DNA from: a virus
Taxonomy: Duplodnaviria > Caudoviricetes
Strand: one strand, 5' to 3'
IMG/VR virus record: IMGVR_UViG_3300027283_000007
Span: 1 to 28,685 of that record
Length of the DNA stretch: 28,685 nt
Each line of letters begins with the position of its first letter. The stretch's first letter is position 1. Both the position numbers and the translations under genes were made by a program. The notes below the pieces were generated by a model. It worked only from the letters and a program-made list of their open reading frames with translations, searched no databases and was not told the DNA's origin. Of the stretch, positions 1 through 9,289 are shown piece by piece.

Positions 1-1208
1 CATACGAGCGTAACGGTGATGTCGGATGCGCTAATGGTCGGCACCTGATCAATACCCACTTCCACGCTGTTTTGATTGGCTGAACTAGTGCCCAGGTCAA
101 TATCAAGCACTCTTGTATAAGTGCTCGTCGCACTGACGCCGCCATAAAACCGGCCGGCAAAAAGGGTTGAGCCGATACGCGCTCGGCTGCCGCCATCTGT
201 GCCATTAAACGCGGCGATAATGGCATCTTTGACCAGATCCGCGATATTGGACGGCAAGTTCGGATTGTTCTGAATCTGCACCGAAAACAAAATGGGCAGC
301 GCGTCCGGACGTTGAAACTTAATCGAATAGGATGGATAGGGGTAATCGTATCCGCTCGCATCCTCTACGGTTTCGGTGGTATTGCCGTTCATGTCGCAAC
401 CCGGTGACTTTTTAGTAAAAATCGCATGGGCAATATCCGCCGAAAGACCTCCGACCGCCGCAACATAAATGGAGTGTTCCGCTAATTCGTAATCAGTCGA
501 GCCGACCGTGACCGGGGCGCCGGTGAAATTCTCATGGACATAGGCATCAATCACGCCATCGGTATTCAGCACGGCGGCATAGACGGACGCCAGCGAACCC
601 TGAGCATTGAGCGCGACGGACGCACGGCGCCGAGCCTCATAATCCGCGCGGGTTTCTACATCGCGGCCCACCGTGCCGGCGTCAGCATTAGTAATAGAGT
701 CCCAGCCCGGTATCGCTTGATAAATCGTGTTGAGCGCACCAATGGGGCAGGCAATAGGGCCGGTGGTCGTGCAGACGAATGAAAGTTCTATACTGCCTCC
801 TGTCGGTATCGTGCCGGCCTGCGTGCAGGTATAGATATTGCCTGATGTGTCCTTGGCCTTGGCGCCGACCGGGATAACGACGCCGGCCAGCCCGGTACAG
901 GTTGCTTGCACGGCGGTCCCTTGTGCGGCGATGCGGTCAATAAAGTAAATGCGCCCGATAGCGTCCTGCCATTGGCCTTCCGCGTAATCCGGATTAACCT
1001 GATTGGCAACATAGGCAATCTGGCTGTTTTTGTCGGCGATGATCGCGGCCAGCGTGGACGCAAGTTGTCCCTGTGGCGTTTCCAGCGAGAGGTTAAGATT
1101 GCCGCCGAATGCCGTGTTATTGTCGTCTAAGACGCCGGCTAAAATGTCGGTCTCGGCCGGGACCGTGACGCCGGTTTGGGTAAATTCCAGTTCTGGTACG
1201 CTTGTCAT
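1..1208 (-). CDS. Baseplate J-like (Mu gp47-type) wedge protein; stop codon falls at the window edge
   Basis: Not in the ORF track. ATG at 1208 overlaps the TAA of the upstream gene. I read the N-terminus MTSVPELEFTQTGVTVPAETDILAGVLDDNNTAFGGNLNLSLETPQGQLA and, in the same frame, the C-terminus SASDITVTLV followed by TG at the edge (about 402 aa). The ETPQGQLA motif and the position after a gp46-like gene fit baseplate J. Confidence 0.88.
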   Translation of the reverse strand, partial: MTSVPELEFTQTGVTVPAETDILAGVLDDNNTAFGGNLNLSLETPQGQLASTLAAIIADKNSQIAYVANQVNPDYAEGQWQDAIGRIYFIDRIAAQGTAVQATCTGLAGVVIPVGAKAKDTSGNIYTCTQAGTIPTGGSIELSFVCTTTGPIACPIGALNTIYQAIPGWDSITNADAGTVGRDVETRADYEARRRASVALNAQGSLASVYAAVLNTDGVIDAYVHENFTGAPVTVGSTDYELAEHSIYVAAVGGLSADIAHAIFTKKSPGCDMNGNTTETVEDASGYDYPYPSYSIKFQRPDALPILFSVQIQNNPNLPSNIADLVKDAIIAAFNGTDGGSRARIGSTLFAGRFYGGVSATSTYTRVLDIDLGTSSANQNSVEVGIDQVPTISASDITVTLV

Positions 1209-1558
1209 TAAAAGGTAACCCGGTTGATGGCGCCTGTTGTGTCGATAACTTCAACATCGCCGGTTAATTGCCTGTCTTTCAATCCTAAATTGACCACGCG
1301 AGCCTGTACCACATTCGGCACGGTTAAGGCCGCCGCCACGAGCCGCGCCTTGATCAGCGATTCAGGCGGGTATTTGCCGAGTATTTCTGAAAAGTAGGGG
1401 ACACCTGGCGCCGTGTTGTACCAAAGCTCGCCCTTGAACAATTTGATCGCACTGGCCACATCCTGAGCAATTGAGTAAGGGTGTGACGCCATGGCGATAT
1501 TGCCGGACGTGTCGAGTACCAAATCCCATTCCACGGTATCTAAAAGAAGCGTGTTCAT
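1208..1558 (-). CDS. Baseplate wedge subunit (gp25/GpW/Mu gp46-like)
   Basis: 116 aa with WDLVLDTSGNIA...IAQDVASAIKLFKGELWYNT.PGVPY; lies between the spike and baseplate J genes. Confidence 0.8.
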   Translation of the reverse strand: MNTLLLDTVEWDLVLDTSGNIAMASHPYSIAQDVASAIKLFKGELWYNTAPGVPYFSEILGKYPPESLIKARLVAAALTVPNVVQARVVNLGLKDRQLTGDVEVIDTTGAINRVTF

Positions 1559-2229
1559 ACGGGGACCCCTGTATTGCTGCTGCCGCCCTGTACGCCGCTG
1601 TGAACGTGATCATGGAGACTGATGCCATTACCGATCACATCGACGGATGCGGTTATCTTGCCGGTATGCGTCCATTCCCCGGTTGAATTGATGGCTGGAG
1701 CGTTGATGGTTACGGTTGTCGGTGAAATGATGCTGATGCCGGATTGATTAAACTGCACATATTGCACGGGCGTTCCATTAAGGCAGCCACCGATATAAAT
1801 GCCGTCCTCGGGCGAGAACTTGCGCCGGCTGCCGGGGTTGGCTGGCCCCCTTGCATCGGTCATGGCGTTGGCTTTAACGGCTGATATGTCGGAATGGGCA
1901 AAAATGGCAATGCCGATATCGCCTACTTGCGGGTCAATAATGACCGCATCCGTGCCGCCCTGGATGCGCACATACGGTAAATGATGCAGAACGCCATGAG
2001 GAATAGCGTTGTCAAAACCGTCAAGCTGGTTAACAAGGGGCAAGGCGTCAACAAAGCCGACAGGTGAAAGCTCGCCATTATTCGTAACTCCCTTAATTTG
2101 CACCAGAATAGCGACATTGGTTTGCCCCAGTATTTGGCGAATTAGAAACGCATTCGCGTTAAAATCACTGCCGGCGGATTCCGGTTTTGCCGTGGTTTGA
2201 TAACCGGCCTCAATCTGTTGATTCGACAC
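1555..2229 (-). CDS. Central baseplate spike (GpV/gp138-like)
   Basis: N-terminal OB-fold-like region (IIDPQVGDIG), beta-rich C-terminus, and HDHVHSGV carrying the HxH metal-binding tip motif. Confidence 0.85.
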   Translation of the reverse strand: MSNQQIEAGYQTTAKPESAGSDFNANAFLIRQILGQTNVAILVQIKGVTNNGELSPVGFVDALPLVNQLDGFDNAIPHGVLHHLPYVRIQGGTDAVIIDPQVGDIGIAIFAHSDISAVKANAMTDARGPANPGSRRKFSPEDGIYIGGCLNGTPVQYVQFNQSGISIISPTTVTINAPAINSTGEWTHTGKITASVDVIGNGISLHDHVHSGVQGGSSNTGVPV

Positions 2230-3079
2230 GCCCCGATCCTTCTATATAGGTGAACCACTGTCCGTTCGGTGTTTCGCTTTCCAGCGCGTGGACCACGCTA
2301 AAGATCCCCCAGTTGCCGTTGGCCATGGGTAATTCGCTCCCCTCAATAATGAACCGCCCGCCGAGTTCGGCAGCCGGGTTAAAAATGCTGGTGATGCTGA
2401 TGCCGTTTGATGAGAGTTGCGGATAGCCGACCAAGCCGTTTGACGGTCTCAAGGTGATCGGCTCGCCTTCCGCATGGCCGCCGACCGGCCAGATAGACAA
2501 CACGTTTTTATCGATGCTGTATTCAATGTTCGCGTCTCGGGCGCATTTGCGGATTTGCTCAAGTTTCGTGCCGTAAAAATAGGGGTTCGACAGCGTGACC
2601 TTGACGCCGCCATCCTTAAATGAATAACCCGCATCTTGAGCAAAACCGGCCATGATTTCCGCCACATCAGCCGCCCCTTTGAATGAAGCAGGGTCAGCCG
2701 GACGCGCGGCGGCTGCTGCAGCGGAATAGGCGACAATCGACAGCCCTACGTCCGGCGCTTGGTTGAATTCGCCATAGGCCGTGAATATCTGCCCGACAAA
2801 GACCGTTTTCAGCGTCTCGCCATCGTCGCCGGCCTTAAGCGTCAGCGTGTTTTTGCCCATAATCTGGTTCTGATTCGGGCCTATCGTGGTCAAGCGGTTA
2901 ATGGTCGAAAGCGGCAAGCCGTAAATAATGCACTGGCATTGCCCTTGCGCTTCCCCGCCGACGGCGTTGATGTGCGCGTGGACGCGGAAGCCGGTCAGAT
3001 CAACCGTGTCGCCTTCCTGTTCGCCGAAGCGCCCCTCGCCGAGCGTGATCGTGATATCAATGCGCCTACGCGATAGCAT
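2210..3079 (-). CDS. Baseplate hub protein (Mu gp44/T4 gp27-like)
   Basis: 289 aa immediately upstream of the spike gene; GLVGYP and HALESETPNGQWFT motifs are typical of this myophage group. Confidence 0.75.
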   Translation of the reverse strand: MLSRRRIDITITLGEGRFGEQEGDTVDLTGFRVHAHINAVGGEAQGQCQCIIYGLPLSTINRLTTIGPNQNQIMGKNTLTLKAGDDGETLKTVFVGQIFTAYGEFNQAPDVGLSIVAYSAAAAAARPADPASFKGAADVAEIMAGFAQDAGYSFKDGGVKVTLSNPYFYGTKLEQIRKCARDANIEYSIDKNVLSIWPVGGHAEGEPITLRPSNGLVGYPQLSSNGISITSIFNPAAELGGRFIIEGSELPMANGNWGIFSVVHALESETPNGQWFTYIEGSGRVESTD

Positions 3080-3377
3080 CCGCTTCCTCCGGTGTCAGGT
3101 AGCGCAATTGATAGCGGCTGCCGAGTTCGTCATAAACCGGGTCGGCTGAGTCCTGTGTATCGTGAAAGACCAGATCGCCAATAAACCCGAGATAGGATTG
3201 ACGGACCAATAGGACGCCATTCAAGCACAGGCGGCCGGTGATGATAGGCGCATTATCGACCAGCAGATCCAGATACAGGCCGGTTGATAGGGTGTAAAGG
3301 TTAATGCGGCAATACTGGCCAGCCAGGACTACCTTAAATGTTTGATTGGGCGTAGCTTTGATAGGGATAATGTTCAT
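3066..3377 (-). CDS. Small baseplate protein
   Basis: Likely start at MNIIPIKATPNQTF (ATG 3377, ATGA overlap with the upstream stop), not the ORF-track start at 3476; 103 aa. Confidence 0.7.
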   Translation of the reverse strand: MNIIPIKATPNQTFKVVLAGQYCRINLYTLSTGLYLDLLVDNAPIITGRLCLNGVLLVRQSYLGFIGDLVFHDTQDSADPVYDELGSRYQLRYLTPEEADAIA

Positions 3378-3940
3378 GCCGCTTTTACCGTGCCCTGGTC
3401 CTGGGTTTCGCTGGCGGTCGGTGATTTGGTGTTGCTGTATTCGGCAGTTGCTTGTCGGATCTCGATAAACTTGCAATTAGCAATGATGATGCCGGCCCCG
3501 TTGTCGGTTTCCCGGCGATAATCGAAGGTTTCCAGATTCACGTCGGGGTACACTTTCTCGGGCGTGACAATCGTGTATAGGTCCAGGCTTTTTGACAGTG
3601 TGCCGAGTGCTTCCAGGAACTCGTCACGATCCTCTTTGCTGCCGCCCTTGGCCACTCGTACCCAGCAGGCGAATGGATTATTCACCTTGTTGTAGCTGGC
3701 AAATGCGCCTTGTTCCACCGGGTAATTCGAGATATTGAAGGCGTTTTGAAACTCAATGCCCAGGAACGAATCCGGCGCCAACACTTTATTATTGTCCTCG
3801 TCAAATACCCCCCAGGTCTGGTCAAATAGCGACAGGAAGCGGGAAACAATGGGCGAGGCGATCACGGCAACCGGCGCCAGGATGTCACGCGCAATTGGCG
3901 GGACGCCGGGCAGATCGGGTACATTCGGATAAAGACTCAT
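3374..3940 (-). CDS. Tail tube initiator / Dit-like baseplate protein
   Basis: 188 aa directly after the tape measure gene, with an ISNYPVEQGAFASYNKV motif. Confidence 0.7.
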   Translation of the reverse strand: MSLYPNVPDLPGVPPIARDILAPVAVIASPIVSRFLSLFDQTWGVFDEDNNKVLAPDSFLGIEFQNAFNISNYPVEQGAFASYNKVNNPFACWVRVAKGGSKEDRDEFLEALGTLSKSLDLYTIVTPEKVYPDVNLETFDYRRETDNGAGIIIANCKFIEIRQATAEYSNTKSPTASETQDQGTVKAA

Positions 3941-5925
3941 TGACGCATCCCTGAGGCCGCGTTAAATGTCTGCGTCCTCCGCTCAATCGCTGCCGGTATT
4001 TCAGCGGCGACGCGCTTTGGATCGGTGGCCGGCGTGTGAATCACGATCTGGCCGATTTTGGTTTCCGAGGTTGAACTGTTGCTGACGGGGTTATTGTGCG
4101 TCGTGTTGATCGTTGAATGTTTCGCGCTCATGGCCTGACGGACCGGGGAATGAATGACGGGCTGCGCTTTGATATCAGGCGTCTTAATGTCAGGCGCTTT
4201 TGCTACCTGCCGGCCCTCCATCTGATAAGCAATCGTTTGTCGTTTTTCGGTATCGGATGCCCGGTTTTTTGGGTCGGGGCGCTCATAATGGATCTGTGCG
4301 GCATTGGTTGCTTCGGCGGCTGTTTTTGCGGATCTGATCTTGATTGCGGCGGCTTTCTCGGTCGTCTCCAGTTCGTATTGAGCAAACGCCAGCTGCTCAT
4401 TCAGCGATGAGCGCCTAATATCATGACCCGACCACTGCTTGAACCGCTCCTGCCGATCCGGATGCCATTGAGCAATGCCGTAAGCCTGTCCGCCATCGCC
4501 CACCGCATCCGTTTTCAAGCCGCTTTCAGCCTTGAAATTAGCCACGATGCCGATTGCCTGCTCTTGCGTCCAGCCTTTGCCCTTGAAAAAATCAATGGCT
4601 ATTTGTTCTTTCTGGCCGGCCAACCCTTCCTTGAAGCGTCCGTATTTCTCTTTAGCGCCCTGCATCACGTCATCGTAGGCGTCAAAAATAGAGGACTGCG
4701 GAGCGGCACCGCTATCGATCAGGGCTTTTTTTGCCTCCTCGCTGCCGAAGGTTGCCATAAAGCGAGCAACCCATTCACCGATAGCGCCCTTTGTTGTGTC
4801 TGGCAGCATTTCATCAATGTATTTGCCGATACCGTAGCCCGTGGCCGCCGCCGCACTCACTGCAAGCAGCGCGGTGGATACGCCGGTTAATGCGCCAGTC
4901 AGCAGCAATAACGGCGCCACAAATTCGGCTACTTTCAGCGCCAGCAGGCCGGATAAGACGGTTTTCCAGCCGCCTATCGTCTGAACAAATTCGTCGGCAT
5001 GGCTCGTGAAGCTCTTAACTGCTTCGGCAGACTCTTCCAGCCATTTTTTAAACTGATCGGACTTGACCCAGGCCGAGAACTCATTGAGTTTGGCAATCAG
5101 CTTGTCGAGATAGGGTGTCAGGTTGAACAGGATCTCGCGCCCGGTGCTTTCGAACGAGGCTTTGAGATTGTTCCACTTTTCAAACAGCATCTGCGCCTGT
5201 TGCGCCTGCTTCTCATTGATGCCGGTCAGCTTTTCGCTTGCCGCCATCTGGGCGCTTAATGCCTCGGGACCGCCTTTCAGGATGTTGAATAGGTTCCGGC
5301 CAAAGCCCATGCGCTGCGCAATCGATAGCGCAGCCAGTTCGCCGCGCTCCTCCATGGCTTTTTTCAGGATGGCGGAGACGGCCAGCAGGTAGGATTCAGT
5401 ATCTTGCAAGCCTTCGTTAGTGCCGCCCCATTGGAAGAATGACGCCACTTCCTCGCCGCGCATACCGAGTTGAAAATCAGCCACGACTTTAGCCGCCCGG
5501 CCCACGGCGCCCATCATTTCCTCAGCCGACCCACCGGCATTCTTCGCCATCAGGTTCAGCGCGGCCAGCTTGGATTCGGCCACGCCGGTATTTTCTGACA
5601 GCCGACCTAGTGCCGCCGTAGAGCTGATGGTGTCGGAGGTGAAGTTACTAACGCCTTTGCCCGCCGTAAACACGGCAAACAGGCTTAAGGCTTGATTGCG
5701 TATTTTTGCGAACGATTCAGCCGCTATTTTAGCCCTGGCATTCAGTTCTTTAGCGCGGTCCGATTGCGCCTGAGCGGATTTCTTGCCCAGGTCATCCAGT
5801 TCGGCATTCTGCCGGCGCGACTGATCGACAAAGCCGTCTTGCACTTTGCCTGCTTCTTCCGTGCCGCGCTTAAAGCCGCTATTGTCTAAGCCGAGCGTTA
5901 CGACCAACTGATCAATCACGTTCAT
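3937..5925 (-). CDS. Tape measure protein with a C-terminal phage tail lysozyme domain
   Basis: 662 aa: helical Ala-rich N-terminus, hydrophobic central segment, then GWTQEQAIGIVANFKAESG...GDGGQAYGIAQWHPDR (Phage_lysozyme2-like). Confidence 0.9.
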   Translation of the reverse strand: MNVIDQLVVTLGLDNSGFKRGTEEAGKVQDGFVDQSRRQNAELDDLGKKSAQAQSDRAKELNARAKIAAESFAKIRNQALSLFAVFTAGKGVSNFTSDTISSTAALGRLSENTGVAESKLAALNLMAKNAGGSAEEMMGAVGRAAKVVADFQLGMRGEEVASFFQWGGTNEGLQDTESYLLAVSAILKKAMEERGELAALSIAQRMGFGRNLFNILKGGPEALSAQMAASEKLTGINEKQAQQAQMLFEKWNNLKASFESTGREILFNLTPYLDKLIAKLNEFSAWVKSDQFKKWLEESAEAVKSFTSHADEFVQTIGGWKTVLSGLLALKVAEFVAPLLLLTGALTGVSTALLAVSAAAATGYGIGKYIDEMLPDTTKGAIGEWVARFMATFGSEEAKKALIDSGAAPQSSIFDAYDDVMQGAKEKYGRFKEGLAGQKEQIAIDFFKGKGWTQEQAIGIVANFKAESGLKTDAVGDGGQAYGIAQWHPDRQERFKQWSGHDIRRSSLNEQLAFAQYELETTEKAAAIKIRSAKTAAEATNAAQIHYERPDPKNRASDTEKRQTIAYQMEGRQVAKAPDIKTPDIKAQPVIHSPVRQAMSAKHSTINTTHNNPVSNSSTSETKIGQIVIHTPATDPKRVAAEIPAAIERRTQTFNAASGMRQ

Positions 5926-6152
5926 GATTTAGCGTTTCTCTTGATAATCAAATCTTGGTTGTAGGCATCCACGTTCACCACTTCGAGCAGGTTGTAAACA
6001 TCCTCAAGACTGTAAACGGTTTGGAGTTCGTGCAGGGTGGCCACTTTATGCGATAGAGCAGCCCCGATTAGCCGGGGCACGTTCTGGTAGTTCATTAATC
6101 CATCATCGCCGCCGTCGCCCGGTCCGAAGTCGAGCGGGCGACGGCGATTTAA
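5922..6152 (-). CDS. Tail assembly chaperone extension (gpT-like), probably reached by -1 frameshift
   Basis: Not in the ORF track. The -1 frame from the chaperone stop reads LNRRRPLDFGPGDGGDDGLMNYQNVPRLIGAALSHKVATLHELQTVYSLEDVYNLLEVVNVDAYNQDLIIKRNAKS*. Its TGA overlaps the tape measure ATG. An internal ATG at 6095 would give a 57-aa standalone product. Confidence 0.8.
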   Translation of the reverse strand, partial: LNRRRPLDFGPGDGGDDGLMNYQNVPRLIGAALSHKVATLHELQTVYSLEDVYNLLEVVNVDAYNQDLIIKRNAKS

Positions 6153-6532
6153 AAAGCGACGTGCAGATCAAAGACGGCCTTGCGCAGTTTCAGTTTAGTG
6201 GCCACTTCTTCGATATCGCCGGGGAATAGCGCCCTGGCCACGTTCGGTTTTGCCGGGTCGGGGATGATCTGAACGCAGGTCATCATTTCATCGAGCAATG
6301 GCCGTGCCGTTTCATAATCCACCTTGCCCAGCGCATTAAGCCCTGCCGTCGCAATACCAGCAAAGCCCAGATCGGCCAAATTATCGGGAACGTCAATACC
6401 GGCATTCATGATTGCGAAAAACGCCTTGAGCGCCCAGGCTTCCGCTTGGTCGGCGCTCATTTCCTCAAGCTTGAATACCTTGCCCTTGTCGCGATTGTCG
6501 GCGGTTTCGGTGTAGGTTGATGTTTTTCTCAT
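6149..6532 (-). CDS. Tail assembly chaperone (gpG-like)
   Basis: 127 aa between the tube and tape measure genes, ending GCT TTT TAA. Confidence 0.8.
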   Translation of the reverse strand: MRKTSTYTETADNRDKGKVFKLEEMSADQAEAWALKAFFAIMNAGIDVPDNLADLGFAGIATAGLNALGKVDYETARPLLDEMMTCVQIIPDPAKPNVARALFPGDIEEVATKLKLRKAVFDLHVAF

Positions 6533-6533
6533 A

Positions 6534-6965
6534 TCAAACTGGCGCTACGGTCATGCGTTCAAAGATGATTTCGAATTTGCGAGGCTGCAAAACCTTTTTG
6601 GCCGCCGCCATGGGGCTGGCTTTCTGGATGAATCCGCGCGTGAAGGTGTAAAGGCGATTTGTGGCCGGCAATAGAATCGTTCCATTCAGGACGTATTTTT
6701 CTTTCACTAGCGCTTCGGCGGTCATCAGCGTTTCAAAGAAAGCCATTGACGCGGAGTCTGCCTGCAATGTGATTTCCAGTGGGACCGGATAAGGCGTGAA
6801 GCCGCCCGACAAATGCCCATCAACGCCCATCAGCGTTTCGCCGGTCGTCACGTCCTGAGCGGTAAAAGCGTCGTCCGCGGCGTAACCCTCGATGCGAACG
6901 GGTACGTTAAACAGAGAATCGACGCCGAGATAAAGCGTGCTATTTGCGGAGGTAATTGTTGCCAT
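6534..6965 (-). CDS. Tail tube protein
   Basis: 143 aa after the sheath gene; MGVDGHLSGG and ITLQADSAS motifs. Confidence 0.82.
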   Translation of the reverse strand: MATITSANSTLYLGVDSLFNVPVRIEGYAADDAFTAQDVTTGETLMGVDGHLSGGFTPYPVPLEITLQADSASMAFFETLMTAEALVKEKYVLNGTILLPATNRLYTFTRGFIQKASPMAAAKKVLQPRKFEIIFERMTVAPV

Positions 6966-6977
6966 GGTTGTTAATCC

Positions 6978-8474
6978 TTATTGAATGACGATTGAGGCTA
7001 AAACGATGGCATGTACAGAGCCTCCGTCGGTATACCATAGGGTCAGAGGGAAAGAACCCCGTGCCGCCCTGACCTGCGCCGTTGCGTCATTGACCTGCAA
7101 ATACCAGCCACGTGTGCTTAATACGCCATCGATAGTTATGCCTGCCGCCGAGTTAACCTGTGCCGCCTGCGATGAGGACAGAGCTACGCCTTCGCGGATC
7201 ATGCCAAAGTTCAACGCCTCGTTAATCGGGTCCATCAACGCAGCGCGAACGAGCGTTTTTCCGTCGTCGTTGTAGGGGATGGAATTAACGCTGGTCAGTA
7301 AAACCATAGCGGCCAGCTGCAACTGGCTATTCAGATAAATCTGGTTGACGTACTCATCCAAAAACAAATAATCGCCCGATACACTGCCGGGATAGAAGAA
7401 CGTGAAGTCATCATTCGCAGTTGCATAGTTGCCCACGAAGTTGTAACCGTTCGTTTTCAGGTTGCTTGCGACAGTGGCATCGGTCACGCTGGCCAGCAGG
7501 CCGGACAGGTATTTAAACGCATAAGTAATGCGGCCATTCGTTCTGGCAAAGTCGAGGCTTGCTGTAGCGCCCAAGATGAACGCGGCCACGTTGGCCGTAG
7601 AATCGACCGAGCTATCAACATAAATACCGCAAGTGCCGGAATAGCCTGCTGCGATGATTTGCGCCATTGACGACGTAGTATCGGGCACGGTCAGCGCCGC
7701 CACTTCGGTTGACCACATCACATACGCAAAGCGGTTGTTTTGTGCGTTCGTCCAGTCAGCAAACAGCACTTTATCCGCTGCCGATGGTTCAAACGTGGTC
7801 ATGAATGTCGCCCAATTCAGTGTTTGAGCAATAACGGCATTCATGGCCGTGTTAGGTGTTGCCGCGTCTGCGCCTTGTGACAATACGGCGCCGGTCGCCG
7901 TGGTCAGTTTCAGGCTCGCCGCTAGTGTGCCGGTGGCTTCCGTGATCGTGGAAGCGGCGCCCGTTGAATCGGTCGTAAAGACAAAGGCATCCCGAACCGC
8001 GTCATAAGTAACTGCAAAGGTCGGCGTGGTAAAGCCCGCCTCGATCTTGGTCGCCGCATCCGAAAAGCTGGTGGCGGTCGCAAGGTCAATGGCTGATGAC
8101 GTGATCGGCGTACCGTCAATGCTTAGTGTTAATGTGCCGGAAAATGCCTGTAGTTGCGTCAGTGTCGTGGATGCCATGCTGCCGGAGCGTAAATAAGCGG
8201 CGACCGCGGCGGCGTTGTATTGGACGAAATACAATAGGCCGGGCGTTAAAGTGGCGTTGTTGCGGCCTCTGAAATACGTTTCGGCAAGTTCTGCCTCGTC
8301 TGAGTCATCACCAAAAAATGCAGCAACAGAGGCGGCAGTAGCAAACGACTGAACGGCTCCGATAGGAACGGCGGTATCGTCGGTTAAAATGACACCATTG
8401 AGCGCGAGGGCGTTACCGCCGCCGCTGATGACGCCTGGATTTACGGTTACTATTTGTGAAGCAGGAATTGCCAC
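6978..8474 (-). CDS. Contractile tail sheath protein (DUF3383 family)
   Basis: 498 aa; begins MAIPASQIVTVNPGV and ends SIPYNDDG...LWYTDGGSVH; precedes the tube gene. Confidence 0.88.
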   Translation of the reverse strand: MAIPASQIVTVNPGVISGGGNALALNGVILTDDTAVPIGAVQSFATAASVAAFFGDDSDEAELAETYFRGRNNATLTPGLLYFVQYNAAAVAAYLRSGSMASTTLTQLQAFSGTLTLSIDGTPITSSAIDLATATSFSDAATKIEAGFTTPTFAVTYDAVRDAFVFTTDSTGAASTITEATGTLAASLKLTTATGAVLSQGADAATPNTAMNAVIAQTLNWATFMTTFEPSAADKVLFADWTNAQNNRFAYVMWSTEVAALTVPDTTSSMAQIIAAGYSGTCGIYVDSSVDSTANVAAFILGATASLDFARTNGRITYAFKYLSGLLASVTDATVASNLKTNGYNFVGNYATANDDFTFFYPGSVSGDYLFLDEYVNQIYLNSQLQLAAMVLLTSVNSIPYNDDGKTLVRAALMDPINEALNFGMIREGVALSSSQAAQVNSAAGITIDGVLSTRGWYLQVNDATAQVRAARGSFPLTLWYTDGGSVHAIVLASIVIQ

Positions 8475-8497
8475 GATAAGTTTCCTTATTTTTAGGT

Positions 8498-8523
8498 AAA
8501 AAAAAGCCCACCGAAGTGAGCCT
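8498..8523 (-). terminator. Intrinsic terminator after the HNH gene
   Basis: Minus strand reads GGCTCAC-TTCG-GTGGGC followed by eight Ts. Confidence 0.85.
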
Positions 8524-8548
8524 TGTTTGTTTTAAATCTAGTTTATGT

Positions 8549-9289
8549 TTACGGCATGTCAGGCCAATAGCGATTGGATTTCATGACATTCTCTAAATAT
8601 GGTATTACCTGAATGTTATTCTCAACGTGAAGTCCGCACACTAATTCTGAATTTATCGGAACGATATGATCAACATGCCACTCTAATCCGGTCAGTTTTG
8701 TCCTTAATCTAGCTAAGTCATAAGCCTCTTCTATAAAAAATTCATTAGCCCATGGCACCGAAGCATTTTGCATCAAGATTCTTCTGGTTCTATACCAAAA
8801 ACTGACCTTATCGGGATTGCCTTGCCTGTACTTTTGACGTATAGCCTTTACTTTTCCCTTGTTTTTAATCTTCCATTCTTTTTTTACAGCATAGTATCTA
8901 TCTTTGTTTAAAGAGTAAGCAATTCTGGCGCAATATCTTCTTCTTTCCTTTCTAATTTCAGTTAGAAACAACTCTTTCCACAACAGAACATGAGACTCAT
9001 GAAGCGATTCAAGAAAAGATTTTTTCTTGCTTCCCAGTCTTAATTTCCGTTGTTGCGATATTTTTTCTTTATTCCAATAATAGTGCCTGTTTGAATCCGC
9101 TCTTAATTTTTCTCTGTTTTCGTCGGCATACTGACGTCGACTATCCTTTCTTCTTGCATGGACTTCTCTCTGATAAGCTGGGTAGCATGTTTTGCATTTG
9201 TTGCCAAACCCGTCTTTTCTGCTCTTGTCTTTGTTGAATTGAGATACGTGCTTTTGTTCTTTGCATATGCTGCAAGTTTTTTGATTCAT
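8549..9289 (-). CDS. Free-standing HNH homing endonuclease
   Basis: N-terminal CxxC...CxxC, basic helical linker, C-terminal WHVDHIVP...CGLHVENNIQVIP...N..KSN; AT-rich relative to its neighbours. Confidence 0.88.
   Translation of the reverse strand: MNQKTCSICKEQKHVSQFNKDKSRKDGFGNKCKTCYPAYQREVHARRKDSRRQYADENREKLRADSNRHYYWNKEKISQQRKLRLGSKKKSFLESLHESHVLLWKELFLTEIRKERRRYCARIAYSLNKDRYYAVKKEWKIKNKGKVKAIRQKYRQGNPDKVSFWYRTRRILMQNASVPWANEFFIEEAYDLARLRTKLTGLEWHVDHIVPINSELVCGLHVENNIQVIPYLENVMKSNRYWPDMP

Noticed and set aside
534-1218. ORF-track entries 534-782, 788-1063, 906-1130 and 1030-1218
   Set aside because: They are shadow frames of the baseplate J gene, which the track missed because its stop is cut by the window edge.
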